Part shown: positions 41,354 through 51,980 of the stretch, piece by piece
Layout of the letters: each line of letters starts with the position of its first letter
Numbering within the stretch: the first letter of the stretch is position 1
Assembly: GCA_040285745.1 (NCBI GenBank)
Contig: JAUFOR010000004.1
Span: forward strand, 1,240,001 to 1,304,000
Direction of reading: 5' to 3'
Length of the DNA: 64,000 bases
Source of the DNA: Barthelona sp. PCE
Lineage: Eukaryota
The notes under the pieces: model-generated
What the model was told of the DNA's origin: nothing
The model's input: only the letters and a program-made list of their open reading frames with translations
Databases searched by the model: none
Translations under genes and position numbers: made by a program

Positions 41354-42202
41354 GCTGTAGAAAGTGAGATATCAAGAAACGGAAGCTTAGTTGGTGAAAT
41401 CAATGCCTGTCTGTTTCGGATGTGAAGTGCTATTTTATACCACGAAAAGTGGTTTAAACAGTGGATTTAGCACTACTTGTTGATATTCAATTTCCGCAAC
41501 TTATGATTTCCCTACAAAACTCTATACTTACACTACAAGACGTGATATCTGTATATATTGTGGCTTTCACTGTTGCTGCTGTAAAAAATAAGCCATTCTT
41601 CATGACAATAACAATTGTTAACTCGAATTCTAGCCCTTACAATTTAAATTTTTAAGATTATCGGAGTCTATACAAAGTTTTGAAGTTAAATAGACCAAAG
41701 AAAAATCCAAATGAATAGGATATGGGATGAAAAGATAACGCAGTTTTTTTCATTCATTTCAGATGATGGACTTGTTTAAACGGTTATTTGTTGTAATAGA
41801 GACCAAAATTCTTATCTTTTGGTGTTTTTAATCCATAGCATTTATGTCAGTAAAATATAGTCATGAAGGACTGCATGAACATAATGTTCATCCTGTATTT
41901 GACGTTTTAGATTTAAGTTAATCTGATTTTTATCACTGAAATAATCCAGAGGAGAAAAGTCAAAAAACTTGCAACTCTAATTTTTGAACTCCTCGATCAT
42001 TTTTCGTGGTTTTAGCTTCAATAGTTCACTGTTACTGACCCACAATAAAGTGCTTTTCTATAATATTTATCCACAAAAGCTAAAGAAAATTCATTCGAGG
42101 AGTATCAGTTCTTTATTTTTCTTTCCATGTTACATTTTAATCACTCTGCACCTATATTAGATTTAATCAACCTCCTCTGTTTTTTTGATTTACAAATATC
42201 TT

Positions 42203-42484
42203 GGTCCTGATCAGCTGAAGAAGGTAGCCCGTATGCGTTATACTGATTATACTGAAGTAGGTTTATTGACGTCGGGGAACGCTCACGTGGGAAGGCTCGC
42301 CTTCACGTGTGGAGGGTGTTTCGTCCAGGAAGTGGCCTAAAACCCTTTTTTTTTGAAAAAGGTAAGAAAAACCGTATCGGGTCCTACGGACGCCTACTAC
42401 ACAAGAAGGTTCGCTTCGTCCCCCTCCGCTGTTTACTACCTCAAGTATAAAGTCTGAAGGCTAGCGCCTGTATGTCACCAGACT
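42203..42484. ncRNA. Candidate structured non-coding RNA or cis-element; identity and strand unknown
   Basis: GC-richer island in AT-rich intergenic DNA with several complementary segments (see findings). Confidence 0.45.
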
Positions 42485-44621
42485 AGGAATGCTCATGAAA
42501 ATCGGGCATGTAATACTCAACGATGGACGCCTCGGCCAGGAACGATGGAAGATGGAACGTTTCCACTGTGGGATTCATCGATTCTGGGTCTTCCTCAACG
42601 TTGTATGTTTTCAACACCATTGTCTTGGTCTCTTCTTCGTATGACATGTCTTGAATAACGTTGTTAGGCAGATTTGGATCGTGGCTTATCTTCATGTTAG
42701 AAGAAAATGGTAAATTATCGTTTGTGAAAAAACGCGTTTTAATTGCACCGTCTTCAACATATGCTTTAATGATCCCATCCCTTACGTACATGTATGAGCC
42801 TCCTACGAAATTGCGGAAATAGTTGCCTTCCTCCGTTCCATCATCATATGATCCCTTAAGGAGAACAGGCTCTAAGAAGCTTCCTGTTGACCAATCAAGA
42901 CAATGCAAATATTCCACTTCAAGACATTCATCATCTTCCCGTACAACAAATAGCTGATGATCAGGTGTTTCATTCAATGGACGAGGGTTAAAGTGAACAT
43001 CACCTGTATATTCAGGTTCAGAAACAATGTGCTTTTGAATCTCCACGTCATACCCGTTGACATTGAACCGAAAGAAATGGATTGCTTCAAAAAATACAAT
43101 GCACGCTGAATTATCAAAATGTGAACCATGAACACTTCGTAAAAAATCATCATCGGGTTCTAAAATCAGCTCACTTCCCAAATACACCAGTTGTGAATAA
43201 TCATCAAATTCAAAATTGATGGGCAGCCCTTGAATAAATTCAAAGTGTTTAGAGCCACAATGAGGTAAAATGGTTATTACAGGCTTGGATTTTGATTCAT
43301 GCAAGTGAATTTTGACACAAAACTCATCTTTTTCATTATGTTCCTCTGCCAATACAAAAAAATCGCCTGCTTCATTTGATTGAACTGATAAGATCTTGCA
43401 GCTCGTATGTGAAATCTTATTATACTCACGCAGCACAATAAGCTTCCTTTCTTTGAAAAAAAAGTAACATCTTATTGAAGCGTTATGACCATACACTTCC
43501 GTTATTCCATCAAAAAAAATGCGGTTTGGTTGAAGACTTTTCAAACGCACAACGTCATTATCAACTGCTCTGAATTTGATTGGGCCACAACGTCCTGTTA
43601 TTTCATCAACACTATAAAAAACACAATGTTCATCATGAAAGTAATTATCGTTCAAGTCTATATGCTTCCAGCCATGGCAAATTACGTTCTTAAAATTCAG
43701 TTTACCCTCTAACATCTTCAATTCACCGTTTTCGATATGAATCACCGTGATACTTAACTCATTAAATAACTTTAACAAATCTTTTTCAATGAATACCATT
43801 GACAAAACATCTTGGGTGAGCGTCAATAATCCAAAATTCAAGTATATGTAAATATTCAATCCTTTAAGCTGTGGAAACCTTTCTGTCAAGTTAACTTGGT
43901 TCCTCTGACAGTCAACTATTATTAGTTCATCAATTCTACGCATGTGAAAGCTAACTAGGCAAATGCAATCCGAGTTGTAACACCACTTTTTGAAGTATCT
44001 TGAATCAATACCATGCATCTGCTCAATATCAGGTTCATGTGCCTCGTCCATGTCATCTGCAGAAAAATTGTAATGCCATAGGGAATCATCTTGGCAATTC
44101 CTCAACAAAATGTAGTTTGAATTGATGTTTGATTCAATTAAGTCATACTCTCCAAGACATCTATATTCCTCCGTTTGCACATTTAATATGTAGCACAGAA
44201 TCACTTGCCTATCGAAATCATTAATGGTGAACAGTAGGTGGTTTTCATCCATTGGAATTATTATCCATAGCCTCCTAAAGTCGTTCAACTCCAATGGGAA
44301 GGGTATTCTTCTTCTTGTATGTTCATCACTCATGATATGATCAAATAATAAGATATCAAGATGGGTTAAAATAAAATTGTCATCATAAAGCTGTTCGATG
44401 ATCACATAAGATTCTCCAGCTTTTAATTTGGATGTGTACTTAAGAGGCTTACGCGTATCCTCCACATACCCAACAAAGTCCTTGCCTTCAATGGCGCTTT
44501 CAATGAGGCTGATGTTTTCTCTTGACTTAGTCAATGTTACGCCCTGGCCCTCAAATATCATCTGCCCCTCGGGATAAGCATTGATGATAAGGTCGTCCTC
44601 TAATTTACGAACCCTAGGCAT
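42483..44621 (-). CDS. Uncharacterised beta-rich protein (MPR-start family)
   Basis: Long ORF; probable start MPRVRK (an in-frame ATG at 44660 is also possible); C-terminus resembles that of 56703-58688. Confidence 0.7.
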   Translation of the reverse strand: MPRVRKLEDDLIINAYPEGQMIFEGQGVTLTKSRENISLIESAIEGKDFVGYVEDTRKPLKYTSKLKAGESYVIIEQLYDDNFILTHLDILLFDHIMSDEHTRRRIPFPLELNDFRRLWIIIPMDENHLLFTINDFDRQVILCYILNVQTEEYRCLGEYDLIESNINSNYILLRNCQDDSLWHYNFSADDMDEAHEPDIEQMHGIDSRYFKKWCYNSDCICLVSFHMRRIDELIIVDCQRNQVNLTERFPQLKGLNIYIYLNFGLLTLTQDVLSMVFIEKDLLKLFNELSITVIHIENGELKMLEGKLNFKNVICHGWKHIDLNDNYFHDEHCVFYSVDEITGRCGPIKFRAVDNDVVRLKSLQPNRIFFDGITEVYGHNASIRCYFFFKERKLIVLREYNKISHTSCKILSVQSNEAGDFFVLAEEHNEKDEFCVKIHLHESKSKPVITILPHCGSKHFEFIQGLPINFEFDDYSQLVYLGSELILEPDDDFLRSVHGSHFDNSACIVFFEAIHFFRFNVNGYDVEIQKHIVSEPEYTGDVHFNPRPLNETPDHQLFVVREDDECLEVEYLHCLDWSTGSFLEPVLLKGSYDDGTEEGNYFRNFVGGSYMYVRDGIIKAYVEDGAIKTRFFTNDNLPFSSNMKISHDPNLPNNVIQDMSYEEETKTMVLKTYNVEEDPESMNPTVETFHLPSFLAEASIVEYYMPDFHEHS

Positions 44622-45323
44622 GAATAGCCGTGATGATGCAGGTGAAAATTGGGATAGCATGTATATATTAAATATTAGTGCTTGTACATGGCATATATAG
44701 ATGATATAATACACGTGAAGCGTAAACAGAAAGCGAGAATGTGAAACAGAACTGCATTCGCATTTCTATCCCCTCACAGTTTTATTGATGTGGTTCGCAG
44801 GGCTTGTAGCGTGTGATACGTAAGATTTTTGACACGTGAGGGCATTGTTTTGATTGTGGGGCACTTTTTAGCTGCGTTGTGGTACGATTGCAGATATATT
44901 TGAGTGTTTTGCAGATGAACTACAACACAAATTTTATTCTTTTATGGTTTCCTATTTTTTTTTTGTACTATCAATAATTGAAATACTATAAACTTTCAGA
45001 TGTATTGACTTCCAAACTTAATTCTCTGTAAAGAGTCTGTTTACTACCCATTAACATGGATGAGACTTGGAAGAAAATCATTTTTCTAAACGTATGAGTG
45101 TAATGAGGCATATTTTTTGACAGATTGATGTGCTTCTATTCTAGAAACCGCTACATTAAACACATTCCTCGAATGACACTGCTTTTAACGTTTCTAAAAA
45201 GTGTATCACATTGATTTTACAATATTAGAGCTTTGTTGAACTTATTCAAGGCTTATATAGTTTTTATATACCATTTAATAAAAAAAAGTACGAGTAAAAA
45301 CTTTCACATAAAACTATACCTTA

Positions 45324-46220
45324 TTAGCAACAATCCCAAGTATACGACCAACATAACTTTTCTTCTTCTTCAGTTCCGTCAACAACATAACGAGAAGGGT
45401 GGAACCTTAAATTAGCACAGCCACAGTCACCAAACATAAAAGGATTTAAAAATTCATCTGAATCAAGAGAGAAAATAAATGGCATATAACGTTCCAAAAT
45501 AGATGCATCTTCTGAAACATCTGATAAGACATCTTCTTCCATCATCATACTTACTGGACTCTGTGTCCAAGAACCAGAATAACTGAAAAAATGAGTGCCA
45601 TTCATACCATTTTCATTAATTATTTCACCTTTTTCATTTCTGAAAGTCATTATTTCTGAAATATCACATGCCAAATCCCAAAGTTGGTCTTCATGTTCTT
45701 CACCAATTGAAGGAATTTTATATTGTTCGGCCATTTCTGATGTAAGAATCTCAAAACTCTCATAGAAACCAACTATTTTTCTTGCAGGTATTGTTGAAAA
45801 ACAGTGTGATTCAACAGGTTCGGTGAGATCCATAGCCGTGAGCATGCGAACGTGAATACCAGTCCATTTGTCTAATGTACCATCAAATTCAGAAGTCGTT
45901 GGAGTTCCTTCATCGGTATTAAATACTTGGATTAAGGCAATATTTTCAGGAAGAAAACGCCTATGCTTGAGTTCTAGATCAGAAACAAGCAACTGAACGA
46001 GAATTGACGTTGTGGTTTCCGGTGGCGCAGGAAGACGTCTACACATGAATGGGGTTCCACCAAATTTGGAACAAATCAGATCAGAACGATCATTAGTCAA
46101 CTCCTCCACAATTGGAAGCAAACATGGAGTAATAAGGTATTTCTTAATGTATTGAATGACAACAGCATCTTCCTCGCTCTCTTTCAACTGGTACGTGATG
46201 GGCAGAAGGGGTAATGGCAT
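45324..46220 (-). CDS. YwqG/DUF1963 family protein
   Basis: SKFGGTP, LVQL...L, WTQ, LDS, FMFGDCG.ANL and terminal YTWDCC. Confidence 0.75.
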   Translation of the reverse strand: MPLPLLPITYQLKESEEDAVVIQYIKKYLITPCLLPIVEELTNDRSDLICSKFGGTPFMCRRLPAPPETTTSILVQLLVSDLELKHRRFLPENIALIQVFNTDEGTPTTSEFDGTLDKWTGIHVRMLTAMDLTEPVESHCFSTIPARKIVGFYESFEILTSEMAEQYKIPSIGEEHEDQLWDLACDISEIMTFRNEKGEIINENGMNGTHFFSYSGSWTQSPVSMMMEEDVLSDVSEDASILERYMPFIFSLDSDEFLNPFMFGDCGCANLRFHPSRYVVDGTEEEEKLCWSYTWDCC

Positions 46221-46420
46221 CCTATATATTCTTGATATAATGTAAAAATTCGAAACGTTTGATAGTCAGAATTATCTGTGGTCGAAAGAGATGAAATAGC
46301 TTCGTATCAGAGTAATCACTAAGCTTTTAGCTGTATAATTCCTATGCACCACCTCTACCATCTTTTATGAAAAAAATCTTTTCTTTTTACATCATTATAG
46401 CACTAAACATTCTGCGGGTA

Positions 46421-47794
46421 TTAAGAAGGTGCCATAGCCGACTCAATGACAGGCTCCATCTTCCCAGATGACTCAGCTGGATCAGAATAATTATTAAAGC
46501 CACGTGTCCGATGACGTTCAGCATCCTCATCAGGATCATAGAATTCATTTTGTTTGAGAACGTCTTGACCCATCAAATTCATCTTCTTACGCTCATCTGG
46601 GTTGTCTTCTGTGGGGTCTGTATTCATTGCAATAATTGAAGTATCTTGTGGGAGTTCAGACATTTGCACTGATGGAGCATGTTCTAAATCCCTTAACTGA
46701 TCAATAAGTGTGGCCAATGTCTGTTGGAGATACTCTGGGGAGTTCTTGTTGATCATTGACGGGTGTGGTTTCAGGTGAAGCTGATGATCAGGGATGTAGT
46801 ACGAGTAATAATCGTTGAGCGGAATCTCGTTAGAGATTGGTCCATTGTTCAAGGCAAGGCTTGTCTCGTACGCCCAACACCTGGCCACGTTACGAGGGGT
46901 GTAACCACCACCACCCAAAATCATGGTCGGTACACCGTAACTAAGAACCTTTGTGACGCAGTGACCGTGACCCTTCAACGAAAGGTTGAATACACCGAGA
47001 CGATCGCCGACGATCGAGTCTGCACCGCACTGCAGTACAATAGCAGTAGGTCTGTAGTACTGCATAATGTTTTCGAAACACTTATCAAATATGTAAGTGT
47101 ACCATTCGTCATCCATACCGTCGTGCAGTGGGAAGTTGACGCTGTAACCACGGCCGGGGCCGACACCCATGTCCTTCAGACAACCACTTCCTGGGAAGTA
47201 CTGACCGTACTTATGGAGTGAGAATGTCATAACACGGTCTGTTGTGTAGAATGCTTCTTCAACACCATCACCGTGGTGGATATCGATATCAATGTAGAGC
47301 ACACGAGGGTGATACTTTAGGAGTTCAAGAATACCAAGGACGATATCATTAATGTAGCAAAAACCGGACGCTTCTGATTTCTTCGCGTGATGGAGTCCAC
47401 CGGCCCAGTTAATGGCAATGTCGTACTCACCGCTGTTGAGCTGTTCTGCTGCACATATTGAACCACCAGCTGAAATTTGACAATATTCCCAGAGTCCATC
47501 AAAAATGGGACAATCATCAACTATATTGAATCGGCTCAGGTTGCTCTGGTAGTTGGATACTGTGTCTGGGGTCACCTTGGATAGGAAATTAACATAGCTG
47601 TCACTGTGGAAGGCTGAAAGAGCTTGTGGGTCAGGATATCTGGGTTTAAACACCGCCATGTTTTTGTAAAGATCGTATGATAGGATCAAAGAGTGTGTTA
47701 ACACAATTCTCATTGGTTTCATAGGGTGTCTCGATCCATAGTATGCGCTTCCAATCGCATCTGAGAAAAAATAGCAAGTTTTCTTGGGTTTCAT
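46421..47794 (-). CDS. RPD3: Class I histone deacetylase (RPD3/HDAC1-like)
   Basis: HPMKPMRI, DCPIFDG, GGLHHAKKSEASGFCY, DIDIHHGDGVEEAF, QCGADS, GGGGYT. Confidence 0.97.
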   Translation of the reverse strand: MKPKKTCYFFSDAIGSAYYGSRHPMKPMRIVLTHSLILSYDLYKNMAVFKPRYPDPQALSAFHSDSYVNFLSKVTPDTVSNYQSNLSRFNIVDDCPIFDGLWEYCQISAGGSICAAEQLNSGEYDIAINWAGGLHHAKKSEASGFCYINDIVLGILELLKYHPRVLYIDIDIHHGDGVEEAFYTTDRVMTFSLHKYGQYFPGSGCLKDMGVGPGRGYSVNFPLHDGMDDEWYTYIFDKCFENIMQYYRPTAIVLQCGADSIVGDRLGVFNLSLKGHGHCVTKVLSYGVPTMILGGGGYTPRNVARCWAYETSLALNNGPISNEIPLNDYYSYYIPDHQLHLKPHPSMINKNSPEYLQQTLATLIDQLRDLEHAPSVQMSELPQDTSIIAMNTDPTEDNPDERKKMNLMGQDVLKQNEFYDPDEDAERHRTRGFNNYSDPAESSGKMEPVIESAMAPS

Positions 47795-48372
47795 TGTCTA
47801 ATTACGTTCCTAAGTGGAATGAAAAATCAAAAATCACTGATGTGAAGAATGAAGAAAGTGAATAAAACAACAACACGTTTTCATAGCTATTAATAGCACG
47901 CAGACACCACATCATTCACATGGAATGTGCTGAATGTCATTAAAATGTTACTTGAGCAACATAGGTGAGTGAGCTGAGACCTCAACTTTTGTCACCCATT
48001 TTTTGTCACTACTCTGTCTTTTGAGTGTATTGCAATGCCCAAATATCATCCATTCAGACTATAAATCATTCAGTAAGCCGTACATCTTCTCAAATATTTT
48101 GGTATCCTTTTTTTATTACGTTTTAAAGCTTCTAAAACTACAGCAACAGTTTCAAAATGAATGGAGGCAAATCTTTATTGGTGTGTAAGATCTTTAAATG
48201 AAGGAATACAAAATCAGGCAATTATTCCAAACTTTCATTGAATGTTTTAAGGTGTTTCTCACCTTCTTGGATGTAAGCCACATTATTCAGAGATTCAGCC
48301 GCCTCGTGAGATGAATATCAATTTTCATCTCACTTCAGCATTTTTTTTGCTGTAAAAAACGGCCAAAGGGCA

Positions 48373-48681
48373 ATGTTGACGTTGTATGTTGCAGTTCTAG
48401 ATAGGAAGGACGAATATGGGCTATTTTTGTCGGTCACAAATTCTTTTACAAATAATATTCGTGTTTTATCAGTTAAGGGCCGCACAGAGGGCACTTTTTT
48501 GTTTGAAGAGACAATATCTGACGATGTAGCGGAGTTAAAACAGAACACATCATTGCAATTTGCAGTTTTTCTTGGAAAGGAGCTGTGTGACTATGTAGAC
48601 GTTAAAATCGCATACATTCAAGATAAAAAGCAACGGGAGACGCGTTGGCTCCGATCTGTTTTAGTTCCAGTTCCAGAATAG
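48373..48681 (+). CDS. Small hypothetical protein (102 aa)
   Basis: ATG-initiated ORF convergent with the NEK gene; globular-looking composition; no homology recognised. Confidence 0.45.
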   Translation: MLTLYVAVLDRKDEYGLFLSVTNSFTNNIRVLSVKGRTEGTFLFEETISDDVAELKQNTSLQFAVFLGKELCDYVDVKIAYIQDKKQRETRWLRSVLVPVPE

Positions 48682-48728
48682 AAAGATCAAACACATTGAA
48701 TAAAGCAGCTATTTACAACAATAAAGCC

Positions 48729-50963
48729 CTAACTATAAAGGGCATCCTCCAAAACAATGACCTCAATCAATTTATCAGCGAATCTACTGATCTCCTCAGG
48801 AGACAACTCCTTCTCCAATACAGCATGGTATTGTGCATCTCTTCCTTCCTGTTCTGCGTGATAGACCTCATCTCTGAGTTGGAGATAGACTAGTTCAAAG
48901 TCAGGCATGGAATCTTCTAACTCAGTACGACGTTTTGCTAGTCTTGACATCAAGGCGTTCTCAGGTCTGTGCTTGACGAACTGCTGTCCAGCAACAGTGA
49001 ATGCGCTGAACCCACTCTTCTTAACAACAAATTCGTCATCATCATCTTTTGATGATGTATGATTGGGTAACTGAACCAATTGGCTGATCTGGGATTGTCC
49101 GAAAGGTGTGCTCACCCTATCATTGTCGAGGGGCGCGCCGCTTGTGCTCTCAGGGGAGGTCTCGTTGTCAAGGAATTGTTTATATATGTTCATATATTCA
49201 TCATCCTCCTGCTCTGCTTCTTCTTCCTCCAGCTGCTCGATAACAAGCATGCTCTCCTTCAACTCCTCCTCTAGTTCGCGCTCCTCGTCTTCAAGCGCCT
49301 CGTCGAGCGCCTTGAATTTGTTGAACGAATCTGAATCAAGAGAGGCACGCATCGTTTCAACTGCAGTTTCCGCGATTATCGAATATTGGCTCAAGTGCTG
49401 CGCCACGATATCAGCGTATTCGACGTGTTGGGCCTGAATCCTCTTATTTGTTGTCTCGGAAGCGCCCTGTAACTGCATTGAAATATCAACTTCCTTTTGC
49501 TTCTTCGGTGTAACAAATCCACGCGGTGACCCCACAGGGGACATCTCTGTCTCGCTGGGAAGGGAGACCGCGTCAAGTGGGGGCAGCTGCGACACCTCTT
49601 CGATTGCCTTCTGTGTTACAATCAAAGCATGTGCAGGTGATACGGGTACTGGTGCAGGCTGCTGTTGATTTGAAATCGGGACGACAACCAGGTTATCCTT
49701 GCCCAGTGGCGTCTTCAGCGCATCCTCGTCATAAACCCGCTCCTCTACAGACATTGAATGTGCGTGAGGAAACAACTTCTGTTGGTTCTCAATCCTCCTC
49801 TTCTCGGCAGATGCCTCCCTTTTTAACTGTTTGCGATGCAGCCTGTGCCTCTTGTCGCGCTCTTCCTTCTCCTTCTCGTTCTTTCTCCTGCGTACCTTTT
49901 GCAATTTCGTCTCATAAGTGTTGGCCGTCTGCGGTCGAAGGTTCTCCTGTCGCTCCTGCTTGATCTCCTGCAGGTCCTTTTCTAGGCGCATTTTCTCTCT
50001 GAGCGCCTGTCTTAACTGGTCTCTTCTATTGCTCTTCCGCCTCCTATTACTTGGGCGTGCGATATTTCTAATGCCACGTGGCTCGCTGCTGCTGCCAGGG
50101 CGTTTGGGAGGCGGGTTGATGTGCTTCCGCCTGATCTCAATCGACTGGGTGACCACATCACGCATTCTTTTTGCGATCAATGGGAGTTGCAACAGGTCAT
50201 CTATCAACGGTCGTTCAGCGGGATCGCTTCTGAGCATGGAGTCAACCATATTCCGCAACGCCTCGCTGTACCTCATCGGTAACGGGGGGTACTTACCCTT
50301 CATGATCTTGACGATCAAACCATTCATTGATCTTGCATCAAACGCATGACGAAGTGTTGTCATCTCATATAACACACACCCCAGAGCCCAAACATCACTC
50401 TTGAGACCGTATGCTATGCCCTGCACCAGCTCAGGACTCATATAATAAGGTGTACCCACTATTGATCTGGCAAGCTCCGTAGTACCAGTCAAGACTTTAG
50501 CGATACCGAAATCACCAAGCTTGACTTTGCCACCACGGCTCATGAATATATTCTGGGACTTTAGATCTCTGTGCAGTATATGTTTTGAGTGACAATAATT
50601 AAGTGCAAGACAAAGTTGTGTGAACCAATCCAAAATCTGTGATTCAGAGATATACTCCTTCTTATCCTTACGTTTCTTGATGTAGGCATGGAGATCACCA
50701 CAGTCACAGAATTCCATTATGATACAAAGATGTTGATTAAAAATAAAACTTTCTCGTAATTCTACAATACCCGGATGCTTTAAATCGCGAAGTAGGTCGG
50801 CCTCGACCCGCGATTTCTCGATTTCACCCTCTGACATATAGCTCAAATCAATCATTTTCAGTACAAATGACTCACCCAAAGGGTCTTGAACAAGATAGCA
50901 ATCTCCAAAACTTCCTTTACCGATAATTCGGTCGAAAACGTACCCTGGTGGGATCTGTTGCAT
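48729..50963 (-). CDS. NIMA-related (NEK) kinase with coiled-coil C-terminal extension
   Basis: GKGSFG, HRDLKSQNIF, KLGDFGIAKVL, GTPYYMSPE, KSDVWALGC. Confidence 0.95.
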   Translation of the reverse strand: MQQIPPGYVFDRIIGKGSFGDCYLVQDPLGESFVLKMIDLSYMSEGEIEKSRVEADLLRDLKHPGIVELRESFIFNQHLCIIMEFCDCGDLHAYIKKRKDKKEYISESQILDWFTQLCLALNYCHSKHILHRDLKSQNIFMSRGGKVKLGDFGIAKVLTGTTELARSIVGTPYYMSPELVQGIAYGLKSDVWALGCVLYEMTTLRHAFDARSMNGLIVKIMKGKYPPLPMRYSEALRNMVDSMLRSDPAERPLIDDLLQLPLIAKRMRDVVTQSIEIRRKHINPPPKRPGSSSEPRGIRNIARPSNRRRKSNRRDQLRQALREKMRLEKDLQEIKQERQENLRPQTANTYETKLQKVRRRKNEKEKEERDKRHRLHRKQLKREASAEKRRIENQQKLFPHAHSMSVEERVYDEDALKTPLGKDNLVVVPISNQQQPAPVPVSPAHALIVTQKAIEEVSQLPPLDAVSLPSETEMSPVGSPRGFVTPKKQKEVDISMQLQGASETTNKRIQAQHVEYADIVAQHLSQYSIIAETAVETMRASLDSDSFNKFKALDEALEDEERELEEELKESMLVIEQLEEEEAEQEDDEYMNIYKQFLDNETSPESTSGAPLDNDRVSTPFGQSQISQLVQLPNHTSSKDDDDEFVVKKSGFSAFTVAGQQFVKHRPENALMSRLAKRRTELEDSMPDFELVYLQLRDEVYHAEQEGRDAQYHAVLEKELSPEEISRFADKLIEVIVLEDALYS

Positions 50964-51022
50964 CTGACAGATCGGGAAATGGGTGTAATAAAAAGTAACG
51001 TGTATTTCACTTTTTTACTTAT

Positions 51023-51673
51023 ATGAGCGGGTTGGTCACCACCGTGTCTGGGCTAAGGGATGCGCTATTTGATGAAAACGGGCAGATATCTAGGGATCAG
51101 CTTGTGCATGATTTCATAATCTTAGCTAGTGACTTTTTCGGAGATTCAGTCAGCGAGGGCCACATATCATACATATCAGCTCTGCTAAATATGCCTTATG
51201 CGGTTGAAAAACAGCAGAATGTTTTGTTTTTTTTAGAATTCTTTCGTTTTATTATTACACCACGTATTCCTTTACAAATCAACTTTACCAACCAACAAGC
51301 ACAGCGCGGCAGACCATCAATGAACTTAAAGATGGAATTCTCCCGGTTACGTTGTTCAGCAATCGAATGTTTCTCATTATTGCATTCTGTAACAAAAAAA
51401 TCTAATGCATTAAAGCATATTTTGAAGAGAGACGAGGTTCCAGGCTTCAGGGGAGGTACTTTACCCCGTGATATAACACAGTTGTATTCTACTATTAAAC
51501 ATAAGCGTGTTGGGAATGTTTTAAGGTATCGAGATTTGGTTAACTTTGAAAAGCAGGCGTTTAAGCATAGCGCAGCGATTGAGCGCGGAAAGGAACTGTT
51601 GGATAGTGCGTCAACAGGGAAGTTGAATGCTGTGAAGCGTCGATTATATCTTGTCATCAGTCAGCTGAGTTAG
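51023..51673 (+). CDS. Hypothetical protein (216 aa)
   Basis: ATG-initiated ORF divergent from the NEK gene across 59 bp. Confidence 0.6.
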   Translation: MSGLVTTVSGLRDALFDENGQISRDQLVHDFIILASDFFGDSVSEGHISYISALLNMPYAVEKQQNVLFFLEFFRFIITPRIPLQINFTNQQAQRGRPSMNLKMEFSRLRCSAIECFSLLHSVTKKSNALKHILKRDEVPGFRGGTLPRDITQLYSTIKHKRVGNVLRYRDLVNFEKQAFKHSAAIERGKELLDSASTGKLNAVKRRLYLVISQLS

Positions 51674-51980
51674 GTGTGTTATTTTAACATGTATTTGGAC
51701 GGGTACCGAGCCACAAGAAGTCGTCTGTACATCTGCATATTGCAATATATTGTTTTGTATTTGTGAAAGTAAAAATTGTGTTTCTTTTTGGCTTTGAAGC
51801 ATTTTACATGCAGTTGCAACGCTAAATTGTGCACGGGAGCAACATTGATGAGTACAAATGATGAAATCAAAAGTCAACAGCTTGATTTTTGAATTCATAA
51901 CCTTTTTTGTCGTTTGATCATTCATTCTTTCACATTTTTACGTTTGTGTACCACTGTATTAACCGAATCACATCATAAGA

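Noticed and set aside
41354-42200. Long AT-rich gap with a 64 aa ORF
   Set aside because: No convincing coding signal, repeat or structure seen; treated as intergenic.
42211-42330. Hammerhead ribozyme (CTGAAGA on +, GGACGAAAC on -)
   Set aside because: The two core motifs are on opposite strands and no complete core can be built.
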